NCBI GenBank assembly: GCA_950097015.1
Contig: CATNEN010000025.1
Coordinates: forward strand, 5,828,001-5,892,000
Length of the DNA: 64,000 bases
DNA from: Macrostomum hystrix
Lineage: Eukaryota > Animalia > Platyhelminthes
Reading direction: 5' to 3'
This document shows, in pieces, positions 1 through 13,400 of this stretch. The notes under the pieces are model-generated. The model was not told where the DNA came from. It searched no databases and saw only the letters and a list, made by a program, of their open reading frames with translations. Numbering within the stretch: position 1 is the stretch's first letter; each line of letters opens with the position of its first letter. A program made the translations under genes and the position numbers.

Positions 1-1
1 A

Positions 2-544
2 CTCCGGTCTGAACTTGAAGACCGACACAAAGAATATAAGAAGGCGATGGAAGATCAGCAGGCGGTCGACCTAGACGCAGTTGCCATGCGGCGCTTTACG
101 CGCTTGGCGCTACTGCGTGCTGTCTTTAGGGCTGTCTTTACGTCGCAAGAATTGGCGAACTCATCCCTGTCAGGCCGAAGAATTGCTGGGTACGTTTCGG
201 CGCCGGCGAACCCGGCCAAAGTTGCTGTCGCGAGGCAGTGGCTGCAGAACGCCGAGGTGCCAATTTACCGCAATGAACTGCATCGCGCATTCACTCGGTG
301 CGGCGAGACGGCGAGATTGCAGCTGGGACTGCCGAAGCGCAGCCGACCCAAGCGTTCGACTGCGGCCCGCACACCTGGCCAGTCATCTCGCTCGAAGGCT
401 ACCACCTCTGCAGAACATGTTCTGCGCATAATTATCGAACAGACTGAGGAGTCTCATAACACTGGGACGCAGTTTCTCAACGCAGGCGACTTGGACGGCA
501 ACAGTCGTCCAAGTGACTTGTTGCTGGAGATGCTGAACGATTGA
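2..544 (+). CDS. BEN-domain-like protein, 5'-truncated by the window edge
   Basis: The frame is open from position 2 (LRSELEDRHKEYKKAMEDQQ...) to TGA at 542-544. The segment FTRLALLRAVFRAVFTSQELANSSLSG...NPAKVAVARQWL resembles the BEN signature LLxxxFTxxELxxSSLxG...LDPxKV. Recognised by eye only. Confidence 0.6.
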   Translation, partial: LRSELEDRHKEYKKAMEDQQAVDLDAVAMRRFTRLALLRAVFRAVFTSQELANSSLSGRRIAGYVSAPANPAKVAVARQWLQNAEVPIYRNELHRAFTRCGETARLQLGLPKRSRPKRSTAARTPGQSSRSKATTSAEHVLRIIIEQTEESHNTGTQFLNAGDLDGNSRPSDLLLEMLND

Positions 545-661
545 TGATCAGGGACGAACAGGGTCGTGAATTGCTGGTGATAGAGCTGACTGACAGGGAC
601 AGATCACAGACATGGACAGATCTCGAGATAGACGGAGAGAGGACTGGGGGAAAGGGATTGT

Positions 662-745
662 GGCCATTTGAGGATATTGGAGCAGGGTGGTTCTGGCCAT
701 TTGAGGATATTGGAGCAGGGTGGTTCTGGCCATTTGAGGATTGGG
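662..745. repeat. Short tandem repeat, 33-bp unit x about 2.5
   Basis: The unit ggccatttgaggatattggagcagggtggttct is repeated directly. Confidence 0.85.
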
Positions 746-2045
746 GTAAGGGGATTGTGGCCAGTGTGACTTTATGCACCAACTTTTTGTATTTCGTGAT
801 TTGAGAGGTGATTGTGGTCAGTGTGACTTTTTGCACCTACTATATTAGCATTTTGTGAGATGTGTCGAGTCGATGATGTGATGATGATGAATGTTCGTAA
901 AATACAAAGTGTTCTTGCCAGTTTAAGCCCCTGCTTTGGGTGTTCGTGCAGCATAACTACAAGCAGCTTCAGCTGTGCCACTTGGAAACAAAAAATGTTA
1001 CTGGAAACTAGTTGTGAATATGTCTTTGTAAAGCTTCTTTTTTATTTAAAACATTTCAACACAAATCTCGTTGGATTTTGCGTCTGCATTTAAAGGCCTC
1101 GCCATGAATTAAAGTCAGCGTGACTTTCATCAGTGTACTAAGTATGTACTTCCGCTTTCCATCCGGATGTTCTCCCGGATTTTCGTCCGGATCACGTGAA
1201 TCTCTCTTTGCCCAGTTTTCGTCAGCTTTTTGATCCGGGTAGTCATCCGGTTTATGCGTCTGATGCAGTCGTTTTGTCTGGAAAATAACCCGCCATGTGG
1301 TCTGGTTAATTCTGGATGAAATTCCGGACAAGTTTTCGGATGACAGTCTGGATTTCAACCGGACCAATCGGTTTTTTTCCAGACATTTTGGTCCGATTTT
1401 AAACTTTTCCTCTAGTTTTTTCTGGACGAATCAAATGGGAAAAATACATTACAACCCCGGATGACACCCAGACGTGTATACAGACAAACTGCCGGACCAC
1501 TTATCCAGGCGGGATAAAATTTTGTATGCAAACCACAGAACTTGCCTTCTGCTTATTCTCTGAAAAGTCTCTGAAACTGAAAAACCTGCTTTTATTTCAA
1601 TCCATGTATAGGTATAGTAAATAAATTCTGTCAGATCTTTAACCATTCCATGTTGGAGTCTAGCACTGTTTGATTTTTTAGCCATTTAACATTGGAGTCT
1701 GATGCTGGATCTCTAGCCATTGTCACTGCTATATTATCAATAACCTTAAATTTTAGGCAGTTGTTAGACAAATAGCCATTTGATTATTTACCCAGTTAGT
1801 GATTTTATTGTTAATTTTAGATTTCATACCAAATGTATACATTAGAAAGAAGGCACTAAACTATGCATGTCAGATGAGATCTTCCCTTTAAGCCAAATTT
1901 TAAGCCAAGTTTATATCTAACTAATGTCTGTTTGATTTGTAGTTTTATCCAACTAAAAAGTAACCTAAGTTCCTTTGAAGCGTGAAGTTGTAGCAACTCA
2001 ATCAAATATTTCTACAAAGTCAACTGGGTCACCAGCGAAGGACAA

Positions 2046-2640
2046 GGCTCCAGCCGAAATCGTCATATGAGGGTGGTAAAAAAAATAACAACATTATCTA
2101 AATTGTCATATTGTCCACATTGGATAATGTGACATTAACAAAGTCATCATATTGTTAATTTATTGGCTCTGCAAACAGCTTTGTTGAAAGCATAAGCGAA
2201 GTGAAGCATACATTTTTGGCCTTGTCTCACTTGGCTCTACAAAAATAATGTCATTTGAGCCACTCAAAGTACACTACACATTACATAACATGTGCACTGA
2301 ATTTCATTCAGCATGTGCACGTAGCTATGTACATGTAACTCAATTGTGCCCTTCTATTGCATCGTCATGATTTGCAATATTTGCATATTACATTTGTCAA
2401 TTCATTGTGCCTACCTAATGCTTTTATCAGTGCTTTTTTTATCTGCATTTACTTTTAACTGCCTTTAAATCAATTAATTGTTTGAATTATGCATAATCAA
2501 ATATTCAAATCACATTCATAATTAAAATGAGCAATGAACAAATAGTCAAGATTGTCATATTAAATTGAATATTGTGACACTTTTGCTCAAATCGTCATCA
2601 TCATATGACGTTTTAGAATATGACAATTTGATCTGTACCC
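2046..2640. mobile_element. Non-autonomous DNA transposon (MITE), 595 bp, GG..CC termini, 8-bp TSD (Merlin/MULE-like)
   Basis: Perfect TSD AAGGACAA at 2038-2045 and 2641-2648. Degenerate TIRs: GGCTCCAGCCGAAATCGTCATAT versus the reverse complement of the right end, GGGTACAGATCAAATTGTCATAT. No ORF. Confidence 0.75.
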
Positions 2641-3417
2641 AAGGACAATACCTGGATCAACAGTGAGGACCACAATTTCAACTCCTTAATAGGCTTTCTT
2701 TTTGAGTGATTAACTAAGTTATAAGGGGTTGTAGCGCTACCACGAGAACCTCTATCATTTGTAAGAGAAAAGAATTAACCGGACATATAATCAAATGGCT
2801 ATTTGTCTGGTAGGCCTAAACTGGACAAATAACAACTACCTAAATTTTATGATAAAACGATTAAAATAAACAGTTAAAAGTCTTTTTCTTCTACAATTTA
2901 TTTTTGCGTAATATAATATTTAGCATAATATTTACTTCAGATTATTTTATACAAAATTATATCCCTCTAAAATCTATAGCTTTAGGCTATTTACAAACTT
3001 AGAGATAAATAATAGTTAGCAATTGAAAGCATTCTAGATTCATTTAAAATTAGGAATAGTAAATTAGTAACTATTAGTAAATTTAGTAAATACTAAAGTA
3101 TTTATACAGAATCATTCAGAGCATATTATAATTCTATTAATTTCATAATATGAACATTTTTCAGCATCAAAACTAATCCTTTTCGGTTTAAAGGTCCAGT
3201 GTTGTTGATTTAGCTATTTCTTATAGAACTAATTGAAACATAAGGGTTATAGAAATTAACATTCAATAATTATTAAACATATGTAGCATTTTTATGTATT
3301 TATACATTATTATCCTTTTAGATATAAACCTAATAATTCTAAGAGAAAATAAGTAATATGACTCTTAATGTAAAGTTCAGGTATGAAGTGCATGCTGTTC
3401 TGTTTAAATATACTTAC

Positions 3418-3507
3418 ATCTTGTGTTTCAAGAAACTCGAGGAAGGTTGACGCCAAGTTGCGATCTAAATACAAGCTTAGTGTTTTAGTTAGGTCATACG
3501 CTGCCAT
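3418..3507 (-). CDS. EIF3E: Eukaryotic translation initiation factor 3 subunit E, exon 1 (30 codons); downstream exons not found in the window
   Basis: MAAYDLTKTLSLYLDRNLASTFLEFLETQD matches the eIF3e N-terminus ([26 protein letters not shown]). It is followed by the donor GTAAGT at 3417-3412, phase 0. Confidence 0.8.
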
Positions 3508-3770
3508 GATTTAGCTAACTGAATAAACTACTACAGAGAAACACGAAGCTACTCACTACTTTACCACGCTGAAAAGAAAAACTTTGCGTTGTCCAATTTT
3601 AAATCTGTGCTTTTTAGTTGAGGTTTAAAACAAACGCGGATGATCCCACAATAAAAAAAAGATAAATATTTTTAGAATTACTTTGTATTATGCCAACAAA
3701 AAACTGAATGCTAGTTTTATTATTGCAATTATATTTTTCAATGTCATCAAAACTTAAATAGTCTAACTGC

Positions 3771-3817
3771 CAAGGACCACTAGAAGAAAAAAATGGCCCT
3801 TCTTCTAGTGTTCCTTG
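3771..3817. repeat. Inverted repeat/hairpin, 18-bp stem (1 mismatch), 11-nt loop
   Basis: caaggaccactagaagaa ... ttcttctagtgttccttg. Confidence 0.8.
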
Positions 3818-6057
3818 CTAACTGCTTTTACAGGACGGAAAATAGCTTAAATTAAAGCTTGGCCTCTGAAAAATAACTTTCATACCAGACGTTTGTTCTA
3901 TGAGAGGTTCGCATGAGCTTTAAATTCCCGCAAGTAAAACATTAGACTAATTCACACGGACATTGTAGTTTTTATTGCTATGAATTTTATTAATAATTTA
4001 TTCATTTAATTATTCAGTTCTTCATTTTATGTAAGGTTTATAGTTTTGCATAAAGCGCTTCATATTTTCAGGCGGTCAATTAGTTTTTGCGTTAGATACA
4101 ATTTAAGAGTACCGTAATTTTATCTCTATTAACAAGCGTTTGAGATCGAAAAACGAAAAAAACTTTGTTACAGAAAAAATTGGGAATGTTGACAATCAGT
4201 TTATAATAGCTATTAATATATCGTTTATTTATTTACGCAGCTAACTACAAGCTAACTGTTATAATTGCATATACAAAGCTATAGGGTGCAGCCAGAGCGA
4301 AGATTTTACTATTAAAATAATAAATGTGATAGCTAGAAAACGAAGCATTGCTATCAACATAAATAGAGAACATTCCGTGGTTTATAATAGGCTATTCGAG
4401 GCTCCATTGATTTATGTGCAACTTTACGTGCTTCGTGGAACCCAGAAGTTTTACATCTATCTGCAACGAAAAAAATAGTTAATATATCGCATCACTATAA
4501 ATAAATAATTTAATATACACAGAAAGTAAAATATTATAATTATCGCAGTATTGACAACAAAGCTTTGTGTTCGCTCGAATGCTTTAGAGTTCTCTGTACC
4601 GTATTTAGTGAGCTACAATACCAAATAACAGTAAGGTAAATTTAAATTGCATTAAAAAAACCGAGTGCAAGTAAAAACTAATTAGGTCTAATTTACAGTT
4701 TAAAATTAATATTTTTAATTCAGGCGAAGTCAATAAAACTTTTGCTTAATATGCTCGTCTTTCGTTTATGTTTAAATTAAACTTTTTTAATTAAGTTAAA
4801 AAAATAATAATGAAGTAGTTTTTAATTTTCGTAGTTCCTTTTTTAGTTTTGCACTTCGCAACACTATAGTTTTAAACACGCAAATTAGGGACTAGAGAAA
4901 AAAGAAAAGCTAAACAAGCAGACTTGCAGAAGCTACAAAAAATTTATACAACAATACGATTTATCTCATTCTTGATTGCATTCGATTAGTTTAGTGTGCG
5001 AAATTCGATCCGTTAGATTCGGTAAAAAGAAGTCGGGATTTTCCAGGATTTAACACAGTTCTTTTCAAGTTATACACATGAAAAGTGATCTGAAAAGATT
5101 AAATATCGTAGCATAAAGTACACTTCAGGTTTATGAAAACTGTTTCGCGTGCTTAACTAAGAGACGCATAGATAGATCTCTTAGATAACTAAGAGATAGA
5201 CACAGACAGAAATGACACCTTACCAAGTTGGAACAACACCTAAAAACCAGCACTTTCAGATACAATTAACAGACAAAAAACGTCACCATTGTACATAACA
5301 GTGAATCTTGCATACTGACTCACTGTGATGCAATGAAATAGAAAAATAAAACAGAGCAGAATAATAAAAAAGAAGAACTATTGCAAATAAGCGACCAAAA
5401 CAGACTGCGTTTAGCGCCCGCTTTTTATTATGCCAGAGTTATTGAACGCATGCGCACGTGTGTGTGTGTGTATGTGTGTATGTGTGTGTCGGCCTGGGGT
5501 TCGGTGCTATTTAACAGTGCAAATATGGCAATCAGCATCAGCATATGGAGAAGAATGAGAAGATTGCCAAACAAAGGAAGTGCCGAAGGGAGACAGACAG
5601 CAACAGCATGCTAAACAACTTGGTAAGCAAAAGTTTTTTAGTCAGATTGATAAAAGATGGCGCCGTAGTAGAGACGGGGGAGAGTTAAGATCGGAATGCA
5701 AGGAAATTTATAGTACTTGGGTAGTAGTTTCTAAAGATTTTGCTACAAAAAAGCACTACAGACTACTGGTAGTAGGCCAATGCTTTAAAAAATGTCTGCT
5801 TATGCTGTTCATTATTTCCGTTATTCCTTGGATTCCGTAATTACAGTGCCGCAGTTCTTTGAATTGCGTTATTAGAAAGAAAGAGAACAGACAATAAATG
5901 AGGTCGCCGTGCTCGGTAACGCCAAACATAAATAGTCAGTTTAAGCAAATATATCAGCGACAACAGAGAAATTCAGCAACAGATTAAAATGATCGATGGA
6001 GTCGCGACCGACTTCGAGGTGAACTCTATCTCACTCGCTGTCTCTCTATTTTCGCGT

Positions 6058-6141
6058 TTAACCCTTGGGCACAAAGCCGGCAATGAGACCGCCAACAATG
6101 AAGAGCAGAACAATCAGGCAGATGATCATGATGATCTTCTT
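6058..6141 (-). CDS. STX1: Syntaxin terminal TM exon B ([27 protein letters not shown])
   Basis: Acceptor atatttgcag, phase 0, hydrophobic tail anchor, TAA at 6060-6058. Confidence 0.88.
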   Translation of the reverse strand, partial: KKIIMIICLIVLLFIVGGLIAGFVPKG

Positions 6142-7376
6142 CTGCAAATATGCGCAAGCGAAGGATGGGCGGACAAAATTTTGGTTATGTTGGATTAATA
6201 AGCCCTTAAAGTTACATTGGAGTCAAGAGATAATCAACAAGTGGGCCGCGCCACTATGTACGTTATATTTTCAAACCCATATGTACATTCATCGCACCCA
6301 CCTCACGCTGCCCGACTGCCACCAGCCAATAGCAGGCAGGCTACGCAGTTCGCAATGACTAATCAATTAATGCTTAATTATCCGAGCCAGCATTGATTAC
6401 GAGACTAAAGCAGAAAGTAAGTGCTTAAATGTGCAAAAACAAAAACGAAAACAACATTTATTTAGGAACACAAGATGTGTTGTATAGACGCGCTAACATA
6501 TTAGTCAATAAATATCCATAACTTAACTCGAGTGGCTTAAGCTATTAAAGAGCGTTTATTGGCGTTGAAGTCAACCGAATAAATAATATAATAGTGAAAG
6601 CGCGCAGACTCAGGCAGTGTAAACATGCATAGAAATATTGCAGCTAACTACAAAGCAGGGTAAAGCCATTGATGAGTTACTTTAGTGATGTTTGGGAGCA
6701 AAGGGAGTAAGCTCACAAAATAGGAAAACTATACGTTGAAATTCGCCTTAAATACCGTTTTCAGCACAGTTTATAAAGAGGTCCATCTATGATCTCTATT
6801 CTGGTCTAGTTAAATATAATCGTGGAAAACTTAACAGTGCAACAAATTATCAACACAAGCAGTCTGTCTGAACAGCGATGATAGGGAATATTTTACACTA
6901 ATCTGGACCTCAAAGAGCAATGACAGCAAGGACTACAAACGAATAATTTACGAGCGTATAAATAATAGAGAGACCTCGGTACACGGCAGGAATAGTAAAA
7001 CTGACAACGATAAACCAACACTGCAGACTTTAAATATCTTAAATTTCTATTTATGATTTACATTTAAAATTAGTTTTTTTACTACTATAAGTACAAAGTC
7101 GCACATATTTTAGAGGAGTTTCAATCGATTTGAATTACCAAAAACAGTTCAGTAGCAAAATAATACTGAAATAATAGGCATAATATAAATACGGGATAAC
7201 TAAATTAGCTATTTTTAATCGACGGGAACTATCAGCACTAACTCACAGCCGACAGGAAGAGGTACTTTATATGGAACAAATTTTCACCAAATGTAGGCGT
7301 TAATTCAGAATCGAAACCTAGTTTTGGAACCAAACTTGGACACGGCCTAAAGCGCTTAATTATTTAGTTAAAATTA

Positions 7377-7417
<41 letters not shown>

Positions 7418-10400
7418 TTGTTTATCAACCGCGTTGGCTTCCGAGTACGGAGCCTAGAATGATAGCGACAATCACTAAGACGATCACTATGGCAACGATT
7501 ATCAGGCAAATCCGCTTCTGAAAATAAGTTGTGCAGGGTTTGATTGGGCGTTACAACATTGATATATTATTCACGATTATGTATGACAACATTAAAAGTG
7601 TGTTCAAACTAAATAAAAATTACACAATACGCAAAACAACAACAACGTTATACAACACTGAAAATATAGATAAAACAGAATGTTGAGTAAAGATAGTTAA
7701 GCCGGAAGCGTGCTTAGTGAATGCAGAACTAGCAAATCTATGAGTGCGTTGCTTTGGCTCGTTTGAATTTTAAAATAATCTTATGCCCAAGTATTGAATA
7801 AAGCATATAAGCCAATAACAATCCACTCCTACACTTTATTAGCTAACTAGCTATACTGGCAGAGTAACCCGATACAATGTTACATAGCATTCTTCAAGAT
7901 GGCTTGTTTCGGAGACACACATGATTGGGCATTGTCAGAGCAGAGACACACATGATTGGGTAATGTCAGAGACACACATGATTGGGTAATGTCAGACACA
8001 CACATGATTGGGTAATGTCAGACACACACATGATTGGGCAATGTCAGAGACACACATGATTGGGTAATGTCAGACACACACATGATTGGGCAATGTCAGA
8101 GACACACATGATTGGGTAATGTCAGAGACACACATGATTGGGTAATGTCAGACACACACATGATTGGGTAATGTCAGACACACACATGATTGGGTAATGT
8201 CAGACACACACATGATTGGGCAATGTCAGAGACACACATGATTGGGTAATGTCAGACACACATATGATTGGGTAATGTCAGACACACATGATTGGGTAAT
8301 GTCAGACACACACATGATTGGGTAATGTCAGACACACACATGATTGGGTAATGTCAGACACACACATGATTGGGCAATGTCAGAGACACACATGATTGGG
8401 TAATGTCAGACACACATATGATTGGGTAATGTCAGACACACACATGATTGGGTAATGTCAGAGACACACATGATTGAGTAATGTCAGACACACATGATTG
8501 GGTAATGTCAGACACACATGATTGGGTAATGTCAGACACACACATGATTGGGTAATGTCAGACACACATGATTTGGTAATGTCAGACACACATGATTGGG
8601 TAATGTCAGACACACACATGATTGGGTAATGTCAGACACACATATGATTGGGTAATGTCAGACACACATGATTGGGTAATGTCAGACACACACATGATTG
8701 GGTAATGTCAGACACACACATGATTGGGTAATGTCAGAGACACACATGATTGAGTAATGTCAGACACACATGATTGGGTAATGTCAGACACACATGATTG
8801 GGTAATGTCAGACACACACATGATTGGGTAATGTCAGACACACATGATTGGGTAATGTCAGACACACACATGATTGGGTAATGTCAGACACACACATGAT
8901 TGGGTAATGTCAGACACACATGATTTGGTAATGTCAGACACAAATGATTTGGTAATGTCAGAGACACACATGATTTGGTAATGTCAGACACAAATGATTG
9001 GGTAATGTCAGAGACAAGCAGTTTCTAGTTCATGACTCACCCGCCGCGCTTTGCTTTGGTACTTGACGGCCTTCTTAGTGTCCTGCTTGGCAGTCTCAAT
9101 GTAGTCAACGGCCTGCTGCACGTTGAACTCGATGCGGTCGATCATCTCTCCCTGAAGTTGCACAGGAAGTTTTGAGTTGATTAGAATAAATGAGAAGATA
9201 TGCGCAATCTACTACTTAATAGGTAAGTAATATCACATGGGCTCTACCTGGCTCTCAACCAGCATGGCCATGTCTAGGAACATGTCGTGCAGTTCCTTGA
9301 TGCTCTTCTCCAGCTTCATGATGTCCTCGTGCCTGGCCTCGATGTCAGCCAGAGACTGCTTGGCCTGCTGAGTGTCTGTCATGATCTGCGAGGCGGTCAG
9401 TAATTAGTGCGAGCAATTCGTTTACTATATAGCGTTAATTGCTGGTTGACAGCAATTGAAGCAGTTGAAGACTCGGATATCGTAAAATAGAGATCGGAAG
9501 TTTGAATCTGAGCCCGAGCGAAAAAATTGTGTCCTTTGGGCAAGACACGTAATTCAGCCAACTGTAAAATGAATGCCAGCATTATTAAAAATGATAATAA
9601 TAGCAAAAATTGTTGCGGGCAATGGCACATCATTTGGTGACACTAGACTCGCAGCCAGAGAGGAGGCAATTCTGCCCATTTCGCTGACTCCTGAGCACAC
9701 ACGCACACAGATACCGTACACAGGCACACGCTCACGCAGGTGTGTACATCTGCCCTGACTTTCTCATTGTCAGGCAGTATACACTTTCACTGTGCCTTGG
9801 AGATTGACCCTTAAGGGCGTAAATTGCACGACAAGCCCCCAAGCCTTCTCTCCGCGGCTGCGCCCCAAATAAATGTGGCCTCGCAGCGGAATCGAACTCA
9901 GGGACCTTGGTGCGAGAGGCGAACGCGTCAACCGCCCTGCCACTCACTGCCTAGGATCCCAGCTTGCTGTGATTTGGGTAGGTGTGGCACCCACACCATT
10001 TAACGGACTAGTAGGTAGCGCACTATTAATCCAGACAGAAAACTCACCCCTTGAGTAAAGATGGCCGGATTTCCTGACTCCAGCATGTTCTCCAGCTCGT
10101 CATTTGTCGTCTCCCGTCCGGCTGAACAAATTGAAATAAAATATGGATTTAATATGCAAATAATAAAAAGGTTTTCGTTTTTTAAATGACAAAAAACTGT
10201 GTTAAGGTAATTTAAGTGAATGTTTAATTATGAAACTAAAGTCAAGTTTAAAAAACCATTGTTAAAATATTAACTAATGAAAAACATATAAACACTGTCA
10301 CCGTAGTTATCTAATATTAACAATTTCGCCGCAGCAGCGACGTGATTTCGGGTCACCTAGCATCAAAGACTTTGATCATTATAGCTATGATCCTTTTTAA

Positions 10401-13400
10401 CTAACAATTGAATTGCAAAATGTAGAATTCCTTCTGCTTTTTGTTTAGACATTAGATTCCAAGTAATTAACAACCGTGAGATAACAAACACAAAGCATTA
10501 GCCAATAAATTAGAAATGTGCGAATTGTACTTTTAAAAAAGGTTAGTAATTTACCTACAAGCAATCTTTTGCTCCAAGAATAAAAATTAATTAACAGAGC
10601 AAACAATAAGCCACATTTTCATAATAATAAAATCTGATGAAACTTTCTTCCTTATAAAATGTAGTCAAAGCGTTGCCTACCTGACTGCTGGAGTCTGTCA
10701 GTTGACAGACATCGGCTGAAATACAGATTAATAAATCATTTTCAAGACGACCATCTTAAATCAGAAAGTCTCAAAGCGATCATTTATAAATCTGCTTAAA
10801 ATTTAGGAAAACTATACCAGCTTAGGCATTGACAGCTAAAGGATGCAGCACATAACAAACAATATGATTTATCAATACATTTAGAACACCGACGACAGCT
10901 GACACGAAGCGCGAAGAAACGGTACGGAATTCAGCATTTGCTGAAAGCAACAAGCAAGAGAATAAAAACCTGTCTGATCAATCAATATCTTGTGGACTTA
11001 AGTGACGCAATTTGCAGTAAACTATTTCAGCTATTTACAAACTATTCAAATCTTCTTAGTTCTAATGTCGGTCAAAATGTACTTCTATACTCTCTTGCTT
11101 CTTCGTTTGTGTGCGCCTGTCTTTGTCTGTCAGTCTGCGCCTGTCTTTTTCTGCCCGTCTGTGCTGTCTTTGTCTGCCCGTCTGCGCCTGTCTTTGTCTG
11201 TCCGTCTGCGCCTGTCTTAGTCTGTCCATATGCGCCTGTCTTTGTCTATCCATCTGCGCCTGTCTTTGTCTGCCCGTCTGTGCTGTCTTTGTCTATCCAT
11301 CTGCGCCTGTCTTTGTCTGTCCATCTGCGCCTGTCTTGGTCTGTCCATCTGCGCCTGTCTTTGTCTGCCCGTCTGCGCCTGTCTTTGTCTGCCCGTCTGC
11401 GCCTGTCTTTGTCTGCCCGTCTGTGCTGTCTTTGTCTATCCATCTGCGCCTGTCTTGGTCTGTCCGTCTGCGCCTGTCTTTGTCTGCCCATCTGCGCCTT
11501 TCTTTGTCTGTCCGTCTGCGCCCGTCTTTATCTGTCCGTCTGCGCCTGTCTTTGTCTGTCCGTCTGCGCCTGTCTTTGTCTGTCCATCTGCGCCTGTCTT
11601 TGTCTGTCCATCTGCGCCTGTCTTTTTCTGTCCATCTGCGCCTGTCTTTGTCTGTCTGCCTGTCCGTATGCTTACTTTGCATCGTCCGTCTGCCATTTTT
11701 ACTTGCTGTCACTGCTTCAGTGTTGGTAGCTTAAAATGGAAAATTTCTTGACTAAGCTCAAGCATTAACACCTGCATTGTGCCGACTCATCAGGGGTAAA
11801 AAGCGGCTTTTATAGGAAAAAGCAGGAAATAAAAATCTGTCTATTGTCGATTAGCATCCGGAACATTAAAAGCGGTACAAAAAGCATACATTTTCTGCTT
11901 TCACTATCGAACCTTCTTGTTGTTCAAAAAATTGCTCTTACCAAAATCAGACAATCGAAATAACATGACCCGATATGTTGTGAAATCAGTAAAAAAACAA
12001 TTATTCTGACAGCTGACAAAACAGTCACCACAACATAGTTACACTAGGATTAGTTAGTTTCTCGCAATTCCTGGACACAAAATAGTTCTGCTTTTTAACG
12101 ACGACTAAAAGAATACTTTTATCCCTTTTTGGGCGGGGTTGGCGTCTTACTTAGAGCCAAATGGCGGGCAATCTTAGATTTGCACCGCTCCCTGTAGTCA
12201 ATCTGGCAGGCGTTGTAGTCGTTCATAACTTCGACAAATTTGCGCGACAGAGTGGCGTGCTGCAAATAAATCGTGCAGTCGAATCATAATAATTTGCTAT
12301 TATGAATCATCATAGGGTCGGCAATACTGTCATAGTCCGCCAACAGAAAATCGGCCTTGCAAAAACTGGTTGATTAACAGCTATAGTTAGTAAATAAATT
12401 CGAACTTATATTTGAATGTTTTTAGGGATTTCCCATATTTCTTTGTCTAAAAATAGCAACCGATCTAATTAGACGTTTGGCCAATTGCTACGACTTTAGG
12501 CTTGAGGTTTCCCAACTTTGTTTCTAAAAATAGCAACAAATCAACGCGCCTCGACTCGACCAATCGCAATTCGCATGAGACCGATTTTCCATTAAGTTCA
12601 TAGGTTAATTAGCAAATGTACAATTTGTAGCAATATGAAACAAGTTAAAATTTCGAGATACCACGCAGTATTACGCAAGCATTTACAATAGGAATAAATA
12701 GTGCGGATGCATCGCCAGCTTATATTGTAAGTGTCAAAGAGTAAATTTTTCTATAAATAAATCAGACTTTAATTTTTATCAGCATACCAAACAAACATTT
12801 TCTAAACAAAAAACTAACTCAAATCGAAGAAAACAACCATTGCTCTGTGATAGGAAATAAACTTTGACTGGTTGCAACCGGGCATAGCATGCATCGGTGC
12901 ATAATAAACTCTTTATCGCAGGCAGTTATTATTTTTGACGATTAAAGAAACGCGAAAAAAACAGTAATAAATAAATATTTGTTTTAAAGAAAATTTAAAC
13001 GCTATAAATTCTAAATGCTATTATGTCTAAGCAAAGTAGTTAAAATCAAACGAGTTCGTTTCTTTCGTGTCGAAATAGTGAATAAATAATTAGTGAAAAA
13101 ATATACTAGTGAGAAAATTTTCTTCTAGATTAAAGATTTAATTTTTTAATCAAGTCTAAATAAATAATCAAGAAATGATTTTTTGATCTAGAGAAGAAAA
13201 TAAGAAAATCTAATTTCCTTATTAATCTACAAAAAAATCAATAATAATGATATACAAAGTGTTTAGTGTTAATTTTCAGCTAGTAATCATTTCTATGCAA
13301 AGAAATCGTGCAATGCAGACTTGCTTAATATAGAAATTGAAAAGTTGATAAATTGATCAATTGATCAATTCTGATATATTTACCAATCTCCATTTGCCTC

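Noticed and set aside
1140-1520. Region rich in tccgga/ccgga motifs as a MITE
   Set aside because: No TIR pair or TSD could be defined by eye. It may still be a repeat fragment.
5330-5420. Third hydrophobic syntaxin tail on the minus strand
   Set aside because: Hydrophobicity comes from T-rich sequence and there is no suitable acceptor; it is more likely 3' UTR.
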